In this document: one piece after another, positions 1-13,080 of the stretch
How the letters are laid out: each line of letters opens with the position of its first letter
Numbering within the stretch: position 1 is the first letter of the stretch
Source of the DNA: Nemertoderma westbladi
Lineage: Eukaryota; Animalia; Xenacoelomorpha
DNA: 49,815 nt
Direction of reading: 5' to 3'
NCBI GenBank assembly: GCA_032718475.1
Contig: JAUCBJ010006377.1
Location: 1 to 49,815 of the forward strand
Made by a program: the position numbers and the translations under genes
Notes under the pieces: generated by a model
Databases searched by the model: none
What the model was told of the DNA's origin: nothing
The model's input: the letters and a program-made list of their open reading frames with translations, nothing else

Positions 1-1150
1 GGGGGGGGGGGGGGGTAGGTATAGTAATTTTACTACAATTTGATAAATCTCAAAGTTCCAAATATTTTTGACCTGATTGTTGGGCTTAAAGTTACAAATA
101 TCTTTTGAACTGTTTTCAACCTGGCAATGGTGATATATTGTTTATAATGAATGAGTATATTGGTCCTATAGCCTTCGTTAATCTGCAGAGTGCAGCGACC
201 GGATTGTCTGTATCTTTTAGATCTTTTTATTTCTTATTTTTTAATGGTCAGTTTTAATGAGTATATTGGTCACATAGCCCTCGTTGTTAATCAGCTGAGT
301 GCAGTGACCTGATTATCTGTATATATTAATTAGTTTGATGTTGCTATAGATATATATATTCCGAGTCGACTTTAAACATGTGCGTTTTATATGTCCGTAT
401 TTTATTTGAAATTTTATCATTATATTATATTAAATGCCAGCCTGTCTGGTGCTGTGCCACTGTGCACGCGACTAATAAAATATATGTGGTAGTAAGCTTT
501 TTTGCACTATTCACGATTATTTTTAAGAAAATTGGATAAAATATTCCACGTTTTTTTCACCATGTAATACGTAATTTTATTGTTAAATTTGTACCTTTTA
601 GTTGCTTAATATTCATTATTCAAAAACTGCTATTCCAATTATTGTCTTCAACCATCAAATCCTGATGCTGTCTTATTCAATGTTAAATAATTGAATGTTC
701 CCGATAAAAAATTTAATATAATAATAATTACAACACATATAACAAGTTCATATAAAAATTATAAATTATAATTATTTATTATTCTTCAGGGCCGATAAGA
801 AGTCACGGAACCCATATTTTCTACAAATCCTTTTCGTATTGCCTGAAATTTGAAACTCAACTATTCAACTCAAATATTTCTTTGGACATTGAAGATTCCA
901 AAACCTGTTGGGTCGTTCGGGAGCCTAAAGGCAAACCGATGGATGTTGACATTCACAGCAGCATAATAATCAACGGCTGCAATATTATGCGGGGTCGACA
1001 CATGACCTTGGGATAAAAATCTTTGGCTAAGACAATGATATTGTTTGCGATATTCGCCAAGAACTATTACTCCTCTCAAGTTTATTTTATAGGAAGGGTT
1101 GGACAACAAGGTGGTGGTAAGCATAGATACCATAGCTACACTGTGGAGCT

Positions 1151-2295
1151 GTGGCTGAGCCTCGGCTACTCTTCTTTACCCGCCTTGTAATGGGCTCGAT
1201 TTCTAGTTCTGAACGGGAGTCCATTGATGCCTTGCATCGGCGTGTCCTCAGACGCTTATTGCATGTCGGCAGCTATGTTAGTAACTACGCAATCTATGAC
1301 CTTCTGGGGGTGCGACCCTTGCCACAGGAATCCGTTCGGGCCTCTGTGGGATTACTCTTTAGAATAAAGAACTGTCCTAACACAAGACTTCAATCGGCCT
1401 TGATTGTAGCTTTGTGTTTAAATGACAATGGTGTAAAGTACAGTGGCATTGGTAGTACACTCCGGGTCTGCGGTACCATGTTAAACACAACTAACTCTTT
1501 TTTATTGAACTTTAGTTATCATTTTAAATCTCTCATGTCTCGGCTGGAAATGGGGACACCACTCATAGCAAGCAAAGCAAACAGTCGGCCGAAGCCGGAG
1601 GCGACCCGAAGGCTCCTCTTTCAATAGCTTCTACCCGAGGGTAGGGGTGGGCGCTACTCCTATCCCAAGATTTGCTCCCAGTAATTTAACTGGTACTCAT
1701 TTCATCGACCCCAGTGGATGAAAGGCTGAGTGGACCCTGGCGGGGCTGAACCTACAACCAATAGATTGCAGGCCCGGCGCTCAACCAACTGAGCTACCCC
1801 GCCTGACCTGAACTGAGCTACCACTCATAGAGGATATCTTAAATATTGAATCAGAATGACTTATGACCTTGTTGGTATCACTTTCTCTGGAAAACATGAC
1901 AGGATTTTACGATATTTTAATCGAGTCTAATTTTATTTCAATTTAATTTTTAATAGCCCTACTGGAATATTATTATGGATTATTTTGTTTGATAAGACAC
2001 CCCATTTGTTAAATTGCACTATTGCTTCACTACAAATGGTTACACAACTTTCAAATATGTAATATTTAACAACTGTTTATTGTGCTTAAATGCCATTTTT
2101 ATGGGTTGTGATTGGTACTGTACCATTTAATTAAGTGTGTATTTTGAATCTTGTTTGTTGTGATACTCTACAACAATTATTGTTCTATAAATAGTAGCTA
2201 CATTTATGTGCATAGTGTTTTTAACGATTTTTTACTTATATTGATGATATTATTAAATGCCGGCGTGACCGTGCGTGCACGAATGAAATGAAATT
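1151..2295 (+). mobile_element. 3' fragment of a decayed non-LTR retrotransposon (ORF2 C-terminus plus 3' UTR), interrupted by a SINE
   Basis: ORF 1151..1627 resembles the post-RT region of LINE ORF2 (LHRRVLRRLLHV...SNYAIYDLLGVRPL). The host sequence rejoins across the SINE TSD. It ends in a GC-rich stretch plus a GAAATGAAAT tail near 2260-2295; a similar end lies at about 430-480. Confidence 0.55.
1569..1819 (-). mobile_element. tRNA-derived SINE (Cys-like head, Meta/MESC-like central domain), copy 1
   Basis: The minus strand reads GGGGTAGCTCAGTTGGTTGAGCG..CTGCAAT..GGTTCAGCCC, then CCACTCAGCCTTTCATCC..GGGGTCGATGAAATGAGTACC, then a (TTGC)n tail. 11-bp TSD ACCACTCATAG at 1558-1568 and 1820-1830. 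A second copy is at 28499-28744. The domain name is from recall of published SINE superfamilies. Confidence 0.85.
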
Positions 2296-2417
2296 AACTA
2301 GTTAAGAGTAAGACGGCCATATTTATAGATATGTTCCATTTAACATTTTTCATTTAAATGTTTCACAAAGTGTCTTTTGTGAAAATTCACCCTTCGTATC
2401 GCGGCCATTCTTCACAC

Positions 2418-4019
2418 TAGTGTTGCAACGAGATCCCGATCCCGAAAATCGGGATCCCGATAGAAAATCCCGCTCCCGATGTATCGGGATTTGCTAAATA
2501 CGAATTTATATAGCTTAAAACTTGTAAAATTGTATAAAAATGTACAATTTTTGCCAATAAAAAAATAATATATTTATCAAAAACAAATATTTTGGAGGAC
2601 TTTCATTGGATGATTGATAAGATGATAGAGTCAGGAAATGTAAGGTAATATCCTAGACATTTATCCGGGAATTTCCTATTTTATTAATTTATTATATAAA
2701 GTTTAGTTTTAATAGTAGGCCTAAATATTTACATAAAATATACTCATATTAATTACATAAAATAGTAATAATAATAAGATTTCAACTGAAAAAAAGATAA
2801 GGACTTAGTGTTTTGTCAATTTCATTATTACTGTAACTATATAGGAAAACTCAATTAGAGTTAACACTAGAAACAACTGATTCCTGCTTAGTGGTGTTGA
2901 AGTGGTTCGGTGACTTGGATCTTGTGGTCGTAACTCGTAACTACGGGTGAAGTATACTTTTCCGGGAATTTCCTCGAAAAAACATATTTCCGTAAAACTC
3001 ACATCCCTAATGATTAGGGATGTTGCGAATGTCATATTTTTAATTAATATTAATATTATAAATTATAATAAATTAATATTATTTTTAACATCCGCGGATG
3101 CAGATGTCTGAGGTGACATCCACACGGGATGTCTATTATCGGATGTCTATTAAAACATGTATATTTTTGCCTGGCCTTCCTTTTACATCAAGGTTATACC
3201 AGCATTATAATATTATATTATAATCTTAAATTAATAAACTAACAAGAGTCTAAGGTTAAAAAACAGAATTGGACATAATATAACAAAACAATAATACAAC
3301 AAACATTTTTTTATATTTTTCCCGTCGAGTGTTAGTGTAATTTTAAGATAAAATAAAAAAAATTTCATAAGGGAAAAAGTAATTATTATTGAAAATATAA
3401 TTGAGTGGTTGCTGGGCCTTCCGACAGGATACTTGAATAGTGCATGTAACATCCGCATGCCATGGGTGATGCGGAAATCATGCGGATGCGGATATTCGCC
3501 ACATCCCTACTAATGATTAATGAAGGATAGATTAATTCACATGATTTATAACTGATTTCTGAATCTGAATTTATATCTGAAGTTCATTCATTAAATATAT
3601 TAAAATTATGATAGTATATTAAAGTCATTGAGATAATTGAAATTGACTATATATATTATAAATAATAGAAACACTGCTTGTTGCTGTTTATTGAATATGA
3701 TAAAACATTTTTATAAGTCAGACTGCTGTAGATATATTAAAAATGTTGCAGAAATTATATTAAACACGTACAGACGTATGTGAAATGAAATACACACCTG
3801 CGATTACTGTCTGTGAACCATTTGAAAAACGTCAGTGGACATGTTTATACATCTTATCTACGCATTTTGAGAACTTGAGATTTCTCAAAAGTTTTTTTAC
3901 TCATATAAAGATGGCAGGGGAGATAGCTAGTTTAAGTTTTGGATGAGTGTGGTCGCAATAAAATAATAAATCCCGATCTCGAATCCCGAAAATTGGATCC
4001 CGATCCCGTTACAACACTA
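2418..4019. mobile_element. Non-autonomous hAT-like DNA transposon
   Basis: TIRs TAGTGTTGCAACGAGATC / GATCCCGTTACAACACTA, subterminal TCCCGA repeats, and an 8-bp TSD CTTCACAC (2410-2417) / GTTCACAC (4020-4027). Confidence 0.8.
3015..3509. mobile_element. hAT-like MITE nested in the 2418-4019 element
   Basis: TIRs TAGGGATGTTGCGAAT / ATTCGCCACATCCCTA; perfect 8-bp TSD CTAATGAT at 3007-3014 and 3510-3517. Confidence 0.85.
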
Positions 4020-4435
4020 GTTCACACCACTTACCAACATAAGATAAAAAATGGTTACATTGGAATAGTGTGGAATCGTACAATTATATAAGAACTTAGG
4101 CATTTTGACAAGACAATTATTGATTATTTTACAAAAATATACTAAATTATAGATATCAATCAGGCTAAAATACTTTTGGGAAATAAGAAAAATACTTTTG
4201 GGAAATAAGATTCTCCCTGCCCTCCACAATAATATTTCTCAATGTTCAATCAATCTAAAATATCTGCATTTGGGTGGAGTTCAGAAGTCAGAGACCTTGA
4301 AAATAAACTCATATTAATCAGCTGAACAATTATTGGAAAAATGTTGTTTTGAGTTTTACTGTATTCTACGCGAGGAAATCCCGAATATGTCAATAATGCT
4401 AGGGAGGGGGGGGGGGGGTGTAAAAGGTAACCTAC

Positions 4436-5152
4436 CACGTTATCCATCCCGTGTACCAACTGCTGCGCCTCTACGTCGGTGCCGCGATCCCCCAACCCAT
4501 CCGGAATCTCGCACGATCCTTCCTTCAACGACTTGTACTCCGACTTCCCGATACTCGTCGGATAAACCTCGAACCCGACGACGCGAAACTTCCCGTCCTC
4601 TAGGGGATGGAACCGCAAGGAGAAGTCCAAGTGGTTGTTCAGGTAATACTTGTCGTCGTCGCTATAGTAACCCAATCGATAGCCCATCTCGTATTCACTT
4701 CGTTCCGATTCCAGAATACGGAAGGGTGTCGCTACTGGCAGGTTATCCGCGATCAGATGAACGTAGTATTCGAATTTAATTCGGTTGATAAACAACATTG
4801 TCTGAGAGTCGCTTAAAGTTACCGTGCCAGATTTACAAGCTGTCGCGCAAGAAACGCTTTTGGCCATGTTTATCTTAAAGGGCGTGTTTACTATGCGATC
4901 GCCACGTAATATTTCGCCTAGATTCTCAGAAATGTATTCTAGGTCGTTCTCGGGTTGACAGAAGCCCAAAGAGTAGTACTCGTAAGGGAGTTGGGTTTTA
5001 GAGCTGGTCATTTTAACTGCCTTTACTTTAACTTCTTCATCGTCAGTGTAGTCGTAAGGGGCAACGCCAGGGACATAGAATGATGTCACAGAATATATGT
5101 TGCAGGAAATGATAAGTAGCAAAACCACGGGAACATGAAATATTATTGACAT
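4436..5152 (-). CDS. TM9SF4: Transmembrane 9 superfamily member 4 (nonaspanin), first coding exon; the rest of the gene lies to the left, probably outside the window
   Basis: Signal peptide followed by FYVPGVAP..VKAVKMTSSKTQLPYEYYSLGFCQP..ENLGEILRGDRIVNTPF, typical of the TM9SF4 luminal domain. Phase-0 donor GTG|GTAGGT at 4436/4435; the ORF continuation to 4250 is intron read-through. Confidence 0.9.
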
Positions 5153-5309
5153 TTTCGAGGAAATCTGGTTCTCTCTTGTTACTGCAGTACTGGTTACTGC
5201 TGGACTGATTATTTAGCTGTTTAGAGTTTAGCACTACCGTAGGTCGGTAGGCGTAGGCCTATCAATTGAGCTATTGCTGTATTGCTGTATTGCTTCCGTT
5301 TCTATTGTT

Positions 5310-6890
5310 GTGAAGTTGAAGTTGAAGTTTTTTATTTACACCAAAGACTCATTAAAATATAACTGATACTGGAGTAAAATACACAATAATACGTAAGAAG
5401 ATCACATAGATACAGTATCAACGATCGCATACATCACAAGGCACAATAAGTAAAGATACAGAGATATGCACAATTGATCCGATTAGATATTTACAGTACC
5501 GGTAGGCGATATATGAAGTAAAAACATTAGGTACGTGATATTTACAAGTTTAAAAATTTGTCAAGCTACTACTTGGTGTAGAGGATAGCCTCATGAGGTA
5601 TAACCTCGTTTCCATGAGGGTCCCCTTGTAGGTCTGGTTTTTTTAAAGCAAAGAAATCCGTCACTAACAAGTCTGTCTAACATGATAAAATAAAATAATT
5701 GGTCGGCATAAGATATAAGTAGTAGGATAAAATTAATGAAATAAAAAAGAAAAACTATAGGTTTTTATTACTGGGCGGTTAAAAGTTAAAAATACGTTTA
5801 TTATTTAATACTATTTGCCAAATTTATATTTAAAAATATTTTCTTTAAAATCATAGTACTGTGTAGTGTACTGTTAATACTGTTTAAATAGAGTTTTGTT
5901 TAAATTATTATGTTTTGAAAATATAGTTTCGTATTACATTCCTGAAGTATTATAGTATTTCAAGATGACAATAAAGGGAATAGTACGAAATAAAATATAC
6001 GTTTACAAAATGAATCAAATGCCTTTCAATATTGCCATACCACTTCTTCGTTCCGAGTTAATTTACCCATAAAATGTGTTTTCACTTGGTGTTTGAAGGA
6101 CTCTATGGAGACCGCGTTGCGCAAGTCTGGAGGTAGTGAGTTCCATATCGTTGGCCCCATGAATGAAAAACATTCGCAACCCGTTGCTGTGCGCCGCAAC
6201 GGGACGACTGCGCGTGTATTGCCGCCTCGGAGGTTAATAGATACGGAATTAAATTGTACTAGGGAGGAGAGATACGGTGGTGAGAGCGATTTCGTGATGC
6301 GGAACACGTGCGTTGCAATTAGTTGGTTGATGCGCCATTCTACTGGTAGCCAAGACAGTTGATTGTAATGTTCTTGTGATATATGCTGTCTGCTAGGGAG
6401 ACGGAGGCAGAAGCGAATACTTTTCCTTTGCAATGCTTGAAGTTGGGTCCTTAGACTTTTCGCTGTGCTAGGATACCAGCATGAAGCTACGAAATCCAGA
6501 TGCGGTTGGATTAAGGTATTGCATAGCTGCCTTCTCAATTGGGTGTCTAGGACCCCGCCTTGTCTGTATAAAAAACGAAGGTTTTTATTACCTTTCTTTA
6601 TTACATGTGATGCCATCGAGTTTCCTGACAAATCCATATCTAGATGACAGCCCAGATACTTTATGGTTTTCCTTTGTTCTATTTGCAGACCATTGCATGT
6701 AACCTTCAATTCATTATTTCCCGCCAGTCTACTTTGTGTTCCAAAAACAACAGCAGTAGTCTTTTTGAAGTTCAGACTCAATCTGTTATCAGTCGCCCAG
6801 TTGAATACGTTGGTCAGAGTTGTTGACAGAGCTATAGACAGTTTCCCGACGTTGTCGTGCGCAGCCAGGATATTGGAGTCATCGGCGAGT
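5310..6890 (-). mobile_element. 5'-truncated CR1/L2-group LINE (RT C-terminus plus 3' UTR)
   Basis: Begins at LADDSNIL (RT core). ORF 6026..6781 contains IKYLGCHLD..LIQPHLDFVASCW..FSFMGPTIWNSLP. The 3' UTR has a stem-loop near 5580-5625 and a terminal AATAAA plus (CTTCAA)n tail near 5310-5337. Confidence 0.85.
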
Positions 6891-6923
6891 TGTATAGGCC
6901 TAGCTGTATAGGCCTATGAGATT

Positions 6924-7220
6924 CAGATAGGGGGGAAACTGGACGCAATAAAAATGCATCCCTCTTCAGGCAGTCAGGGGAAATTCGACGCAAATAATTG
7001 AATAACAGCTGATTACTCTCAAAAATAAAACTGTAACCTGTTCTATTGTCAGATTGTGTTTAGTTTATTGCTGTATTGTTTTGGTTAAAATAACGTGACA
7101 TGACTGTAACCTGCTCCTTTCCCTAAATTGAGAATTTAACTAAATTGAGAATTTAACTGACATTGAGGCGGGATATTAATTCGCCAAGGCCGGTTTTGCG
7201 TCCAGTTTCCCCCCTGTCTC
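6924..7220. mobile_element. MITE with 8-bp TSD (hAT/P-like)
   Basis: TIRs CAGATAGGGGGGAAACTGGACGCAA / TTGCGTCCAGTTTCCCCCCTGTCTC; TSD ATGAGATT at 6916-6923 and 7221-7228. Confidence 0.75.
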
Positions 7221-7817
7221 ATGAGATTAGAATATAACTAAGCTGTTAAGTACTGAAGTATAAGTCAGTAAGTACCTACCTAGGTCAGTACAGCAGTAGG
7301 AGTAGGTAATTAGCAATTTACAGAACTGGAGAAAAATACAGTACAGGTACGGTATATAGGTCATGTAGGTAATACTGTAATAGCCTATTACTGTATTAGG
7401 CCTACTGCAGTACTGTAGCTGTAGTACAGTAGTACAACAGTACAAGCAAGGATGAAGGACTACTGCTGTACTGCAGTACTGTGTACTGCTGTACTGAAGA
7501 AAGGACTGTCACGTTGGCACACAGTAAACTGGTAAATCCAGACTTCGCTAGCGTAAGCCATGTCAGCATGTTGTTAATGTTTAATGTTAATGATAGCATA
7601 GCATACAGGCATAGCTGTAACCAGAACGGATAAACATGCACCCCATGTGGGGAAAAAACGTTGGCGAATATATTTATGATATTAGTTTTTCAATTATCTG
7701 TGGCTTTCATGTATCGGTGTATTGTTTTCTATATTTTAATGTTTCTTAATTGATACCGGTAATGTAGACTAGCTCATACTTTCATATCTATATTAATCTG
7801 TAGCTGTAGGCCCTAGC

Positions 7818-7922
7818 ACCTGGCTTTGTTGGGGTAATGATAATAAAAGCGCGTTGAGTATGCTGAGCGTAGAAAATCGCTATATAAATAACCAATATTA
7901 ATTATTATTATTAATATTATAA
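7818..7922 (+). mobile_element. SINE 3' fragment with L2-type tail
   Basis: AAAGCGCGTTGAG..AGAAAATCGCTATATAAATAACCAATATT(ATT)n; near-identical to the reverse complement of 28198-28291. Confidence 0.7.
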
Positions 7923-8899
7923 TTAGTAGGGTTGTTTGCTGGGATCGACTCATGGGTTCCTGACTGGAATACTTACAAAGATCGCCTTGGTGGGCCACGA
8001 CCCGGTTGGGCCGGGGGGGGGGGGGGGGGGTCTAGGATTGGGACGCTCTGATTGGCCGAAACTGAAACTCGATAAATCTCAACTAGAATTAAACGAAACT
8101 AGTCTACACTCGCTAGGAACATCCCTCACCTTAGTCTTAACACCATGGGCGGGCCACGACCCTGTTGGAGCGGGGGTCTAGGATTGGGATTAGGAATCAG
8201 ACTCAATAACTAAATAAATCTCGACTAGAATTAAACTAAACTTGTTATTTCTCGATAGTGTAAAATATTGCTGTTAAGTTGGGGTAGTGTAGAGGTAGAC
8301 CCTCCTTTACTGCTATCAAGGACGCGTTTTTCGACAGAGCCTCGTCCAAGCCAAAACAATGAACCAGAAACACTATCATTAACATGGGCTAGCTAGAGGG
8401 ACATATAACATTGAAGTAAATCACAAGTAGTAAACACATTTTTTTTTTATTTTTCGTGAACCCTCTTGTGTGGCAATCTCATAAATACAGAATGTTAAAA
8501 AACATCTACTCCTCCCGCACAATTTCTTGAAATTAGCTTCAGAGGATTGGATTCATTCAGCACTTTTTTTTACATAAATCTTGTGAATCAAAATTTTAAA
8601 TTGTGGCTTTGGAATGAAACTTCTGCAGCTTAAAAACGTTTTGGCAGAAAAATTCCAAATTTGGTACAGTACCTCCAAACAGTGAAAAGGAAACGTTTTG
8701 AATGCTTTACCTTAAGAAATTCAAAATTCTGATCCACAAGTTTTGTAGTCAACACTTTAACCAAATAAATAAAAAAGTTTTTGTAACAGCTTCAAAATTG
8801 ATTACTTTTAGTTGGCCTTTGGTTGTCCACGCGGTTCATTCACTAGCCCCTTTTATAGTTACGTTATTGCCAAATAAATGATACTACTGTATATTAATA

Positions 8900-10318
8900 G
8901 GGTGTAAACGTTATGCCCATGCCCTAAACCCATGCCCAAAACCAAGACCCATGCCCAAACCCCATGCCAATGCCCAAAGCCCAAGCCCAAAACCCATGCC
9001 CAAAACTCATGCCCAAAACCCACGCTTATAATTATAAATATACATTGCATTCTTAAAAATGCAGCTGCAATGCAGCATGCCGATCCTAGAATAATTATAA
9101 AACTATGTTTATTACATGGTATTATTTATTACAAAACCATTTTGTTTATTGTTCATATGGTTGCGCACATCAGAATAGAACGTACAATAACAGAAATAGC
9201 TGCTTTATTGGCGATATCTGGATGGGGCATCAAGATTACAGATATACAGTATCTGTTACACATTACTGATACATCGTGCCCGGCAATCGCCCAATGTCCT
9301 AACGCCCACCTAGCACAGCACATGTACCACTGACGGTTCATGTGTTTCCTGTTTCTATACATAGAAAAAGTTATTCTGTTTAGTGACAGTATATTTCCAA
9401 GGTGATTGGAAGAAAAAGGATGCTGGAATGACGCAGAGCAGCGGAGAAAATAATGATCAACCATTCGTTGCCTTGGGGGAAACTCGTCTAGGTTATGAGA
9501 CTCTCGGCTCGGCTTAGGGCTGACGGAATTCACCGCAACGACGACCATCTAGTACTGTATTATAGATGGTAGCGTTATCAGTTACTGAATACTGAGTGCC
9601 CGATCGGTGAATGTGGTAGGTGCGTAGCCACATCCGAATTGACGGATTCGTGAGAAGTTGAATCCTTCACAACAACCCATACTCGGTCGAACGAGTATCC
9701 CACTCTTCCCACAAAGTATCACCAACACGAGTAAATAATTTTATCCCGCCTGTTGGCTGGAGCTGTTCTGGTCTCGATCACTCGATCTAGCAATTCCTTT
9801 TGGGGCTGTTCATAGAGTCTTATCTTAATCTATGATTGTCTCGTATGGTATCCGATTCTAATCACCACACAATAGAGTACTCATTAGAGAATACCCTACA
9901 GTAATTAGCTTAAATAGAATATTTACGTAATACAGTAATAGAGTAGGCCAATTAAAGTCAACCGGATATTGCTGAGAAGCTACAGTATATTGGCTCATAA
10001 CAGCATAAGCCACTGTACTGTACCAGATCTGTTTAAAAGTATTTTTGGAGTATTTATTTGTCACTATTAAAAAAATTAATAAAACACTAACAACAGTACA
10101 GCAGTACTAAATACTTGGCCTTCTAAGCGGGGAAGCCTCCAGTTATTTTATGGCCATAAACATGGGCTATAAGCTAACTTGGGTTGGGTATGGTTTTGGG
10201 CTGGGCATGGGTTTTGGGCATGGGTTTTGAGCATGGGCTTTGGGCATGGGTCTTGGGTTTTGAGCATGCGTTTTGGGTTTGAGCATGGGTTTTAGGCATG
10301 GGCGTAACGTTTACACCC
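8900..10318. mobile_element. Non-autonomous Mutator-like (MULE) element
   Basis: TIRs GGGTGTAAACGTTA(T/C)GCCCATGCC with subterminal CCCATG/CCCAAA arrays at both ends; perfect 9-bp TSD ATATTAATA at 8891-8899 and 10319-10327. Confidence 0.9.
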
Positions 10319-10564
10319 ATATTAATATTGTATATAAATTTTGAGTTAGTTTGTATTTAATCATAATAAAACTATAATATATTAAACATGTGGTCAATTA
10401 GAACACAATCAGAAAATAACCACTGAATTATAAATAGTCTATTAGCACACACAACCTGCGTCAGTTCACATTTTGGCATTCTGATCTTCTTACTGTCCAA
10501 TCAACTAACTCGATCTGTTTCTATGAGTCTACAATTCTTCTTCAGAACTTCTATGAAGGATGAT

Positions 10565-10752
10565 CTAACGTGATTGGTAGAGTTCCTGCATCCTTTGTTT
10601 GGCCTTGATGTATGGCGCGAGAAAGGAAAGGTATGGCAACAACGGCCATGGGGATATATAATGTTTATTTCCCTTTAAACTCAACCGTATTAACTTCAGT
10701 TGTACTGAGTAGTAGTCGCGCATCCTAGTCCACGTTACTTTGAAACATTTAA
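10565..10752 (-). CDS. Multi-MADF gene exon 6 (C-terminal half of MADF-like domain 5); lies downstream of premature stops
   Basis: Acceptor TTTATTTCAG, phase 1; KCFKVTWTRMRDYY...SPWPLLPYLSFLAPYI matches the MADF C-terminal half; ends in TAG. Confidence 0.65.
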
Positions 10753-11159
10753 CTGAAATAAACAACAGAGTTTCCAGTTACTACCAACTGCGTTTATAAT
10801 AATTAATGATACTACGCCTTTTACCAACGGTTAGTGTTCAAAGGAACAAACGCACTAAAAACAGTACAGAAAAGGTATCAGGGCTAAGGAAAATAAAGCA
10901 AAAAACATCACCAATAAAATAATTACAGGCAATTACAATGTTACCTATTTATATAAAATAAAAATTTCAAAAATTTAAATGAAAAAATAAAATTATTAAT
11001 AATTAATTTAAAAAGTAATTAACAATTATTAATAATTCGTTAAAACGTAGATTAATAACTCAATATTGGAGAGCTACAAAACTTAGAGTGATTATTGTAT
11101 TTATAAGCAATATATTGAAATCCTCAACTAAAATGAAATTGTATGGTAAACTAAAACCG

Positions 11160-11585
11160 TCCATGCTAACTTTATATTATTTATTCTGCGACCATGCTAA
11201 CTTTATATTATTTATTCTGCGACCATGCTAACTTTATATTATTTATTCTGCGACCATGCTAACTTTATATTATTTATTCTGCGACCATGCTAACTTTATA
11301 TTATTTATCCTGCGACCATGCTAACTTTATATTATTTTTTGTGCGACCATGCTAACTTTATCACATTTATTGTATGACCGCATGCTAACTTTATCTTGTT
11401 TATTGCACAACCATGCTAATTTTATCACATATCACATTTATTGTGCATCCATGCTAATTTTATCACATTTATTGTGCAACCATGCTAACTTTATCTTGTT
11501 TATTGTGTCACCATGCTAACTTTATATTTGTTATTGCGCGATTATGCTATATCTTATTTATTATGAGACCATGCTAACTTTATTT
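11160..11585. repeat. Intronic 31-bp minisatellite
   Basis: CCATGCTAACTTTATATTATTTATTCTGCGA repeated about 13 times, degenerating to the right. Confidence 0.9.
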
Positions 11586-11640
11586 TGTTTGTTGTCAATC
11601 TGTATAGTTGCGTGACTTTGTGTGCAACGCAACAACTTAC

Positions 11641-12783
11641 CTAATATGTTCAGCTTGGCTGTGGCTTTCAATGTCGCTGAAAAACGTGACAACATTGTCT
11701 TCCGTTGTAAAGATCTTGGAAGTCATATCGACGGATAACTGCGAACCACATTGGCAAATCTAACAAGTTTGTTATAGGTGGAACTACCCTTCTCTAGAAA
11801 CTTGGACATCGAAAAAGGGAAATGAGACACAATTTTGGAGCCGTCCAAATGCCAATCTGACTTCATTTCAGAGCTTTCAAATTGGGAATCAGATACAATG
11901 TCGGAGCTGTCCAATTGGGAATCAGATACAATGTCGGAGCTGTCCAATTGGGAATCAGATACAATGTCGGAGCTGCCCTATAGGGAATCAGATACAATGT
12001 CGGAGCTGTCCAATTGGGAATCAGATACAATGTCGGAGCTGTCCAATTGGGAATCAGATACAATGTCGGAGCTGTCCTATAGGGAATCAGATACAATGTC
12101 GGAGCTATCCAATTGGGAATCAGATACAATGTCGGAGCTGTCCAATTGGGAATCAGATACAATGTTGGAGCTGTCCAATTGGGAATCAGAAACAATGTCG
12201 GAGCTGTCCAATTGGGAATCAGAAATAATTTCGCCAATATCTGAATTAGATGTATCCGTTGAAAAACTTATATCTGAGTTAGTTGTATCTGGAGACCAAG
12301 ATTTATCTGAGTAATTTTCCTCTGATGACGAGCTGAAAATATCTTCATTGACTTCAGGTAACGTGTTTATATATTGTTGGGTTAGTTTCGGTGCCACGCT
12401 TTCCGCTAGATGGGGTGATATTGTTGACTCGGATGGCATTGATGACACCCGTTGGTTTATTAACATTTCTTCTTTGATATCAATTCTTGTCAACTGAACA
12501 GAGACAGGTTTGATACGGTTATCTTCTAATGTTAGACGCAGAGAAAGTTTATTATTGCCAAACAAGTGCGATTTGTATCTTCGTAACTGTTTGTTATATC
12601 TACAGGAGCGGCTTTTGGAAAGCGAATGGGAAGAATGGGAAGAAGGATTGGAATAGGAGATTAGCGATCGCATCCATTCTGTGTAAGGCCAAGATGCCTC
12701 TGGTAACAAAGGTGAATTTTCTTTTACTAATTCGGAGAGGAAATATGTCTTCAGTTCTAGCCAAAGTGCCTGAAAACGTACAC
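11641..12783 (-). CDS. Multi-MADF gene exon 5; contains in-frame stops at 12077-12079, 11978-11980 and 11723-11725
   Basis: Acceptor TTCGTTTTAG, donor G|GTAAGT, phases 1-1, 1143 bp. Starts VRFQALWLELKTYF..ASWPYTEWMRSL and ends FANVVRSYPSI*LPRS..AKLNIL. Confidence 0.7.
11868..12226. repeat. 33-bp coding minisatellite (DSSDIVSDSQL on the - strand), about 11 copies
   Basis: TCGGAGCTGTCCAATTGGGAATCAGATACAATG units; two variant units contain CCTATAGG. Confidence 0.95.
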
Positions 12784-13080
12784 CTAAAACGAAATGTGCC
12801 CAAATAGAATGGAAAACGAAAGACAAATTATGAATTACTAAGAACGTAATGGAATGTGTCTAAATGATACTGCAATGTCTAAAAAAGCACAGCTGTGGAT
12901 GACTTTAATACGGAGCAATATTCATTACTTCTTTGCCTTACAGGCTTGCACTCGGCAGGCACAAAAGATTTGCCATACTGCACGCACTTGTACACTCCTG
13001 ACCTACGAAAAGATTAAGCGGTATGTCCGCGCCATGGCGCAGTGGTCTACTATGAAACATAACGGGCGGGTGTTGAATAA

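Noticed and set aside
4250-4435. C-terminal part of the 300-aa TM9SF ORF
   Set aside because: Similarity ends at a GTAGGT donor; the remainder is intron read-through.
11723-12079. Stop-codon reassignment or selenocysteine explaining the in-frame TGA and TAG
   Set aside because: TAG terminates HINT at its conserved end, TGG is used for Trp elsewhere, and the other long exons have no internal stops; point mutations are the simpler explanation.
11835-12314. + strand ORF with ELSNWESDTMS repeats
   Set aside because: It is the antisense shadow of the 33-bp minisatellite; the splice-supported frame is on the minus strand.
12321-12340. CTGATGA...GAAA as another hammerhead
   Set aside because: No stem II or flanking stems can form, and it lies antisense to a coding exon.
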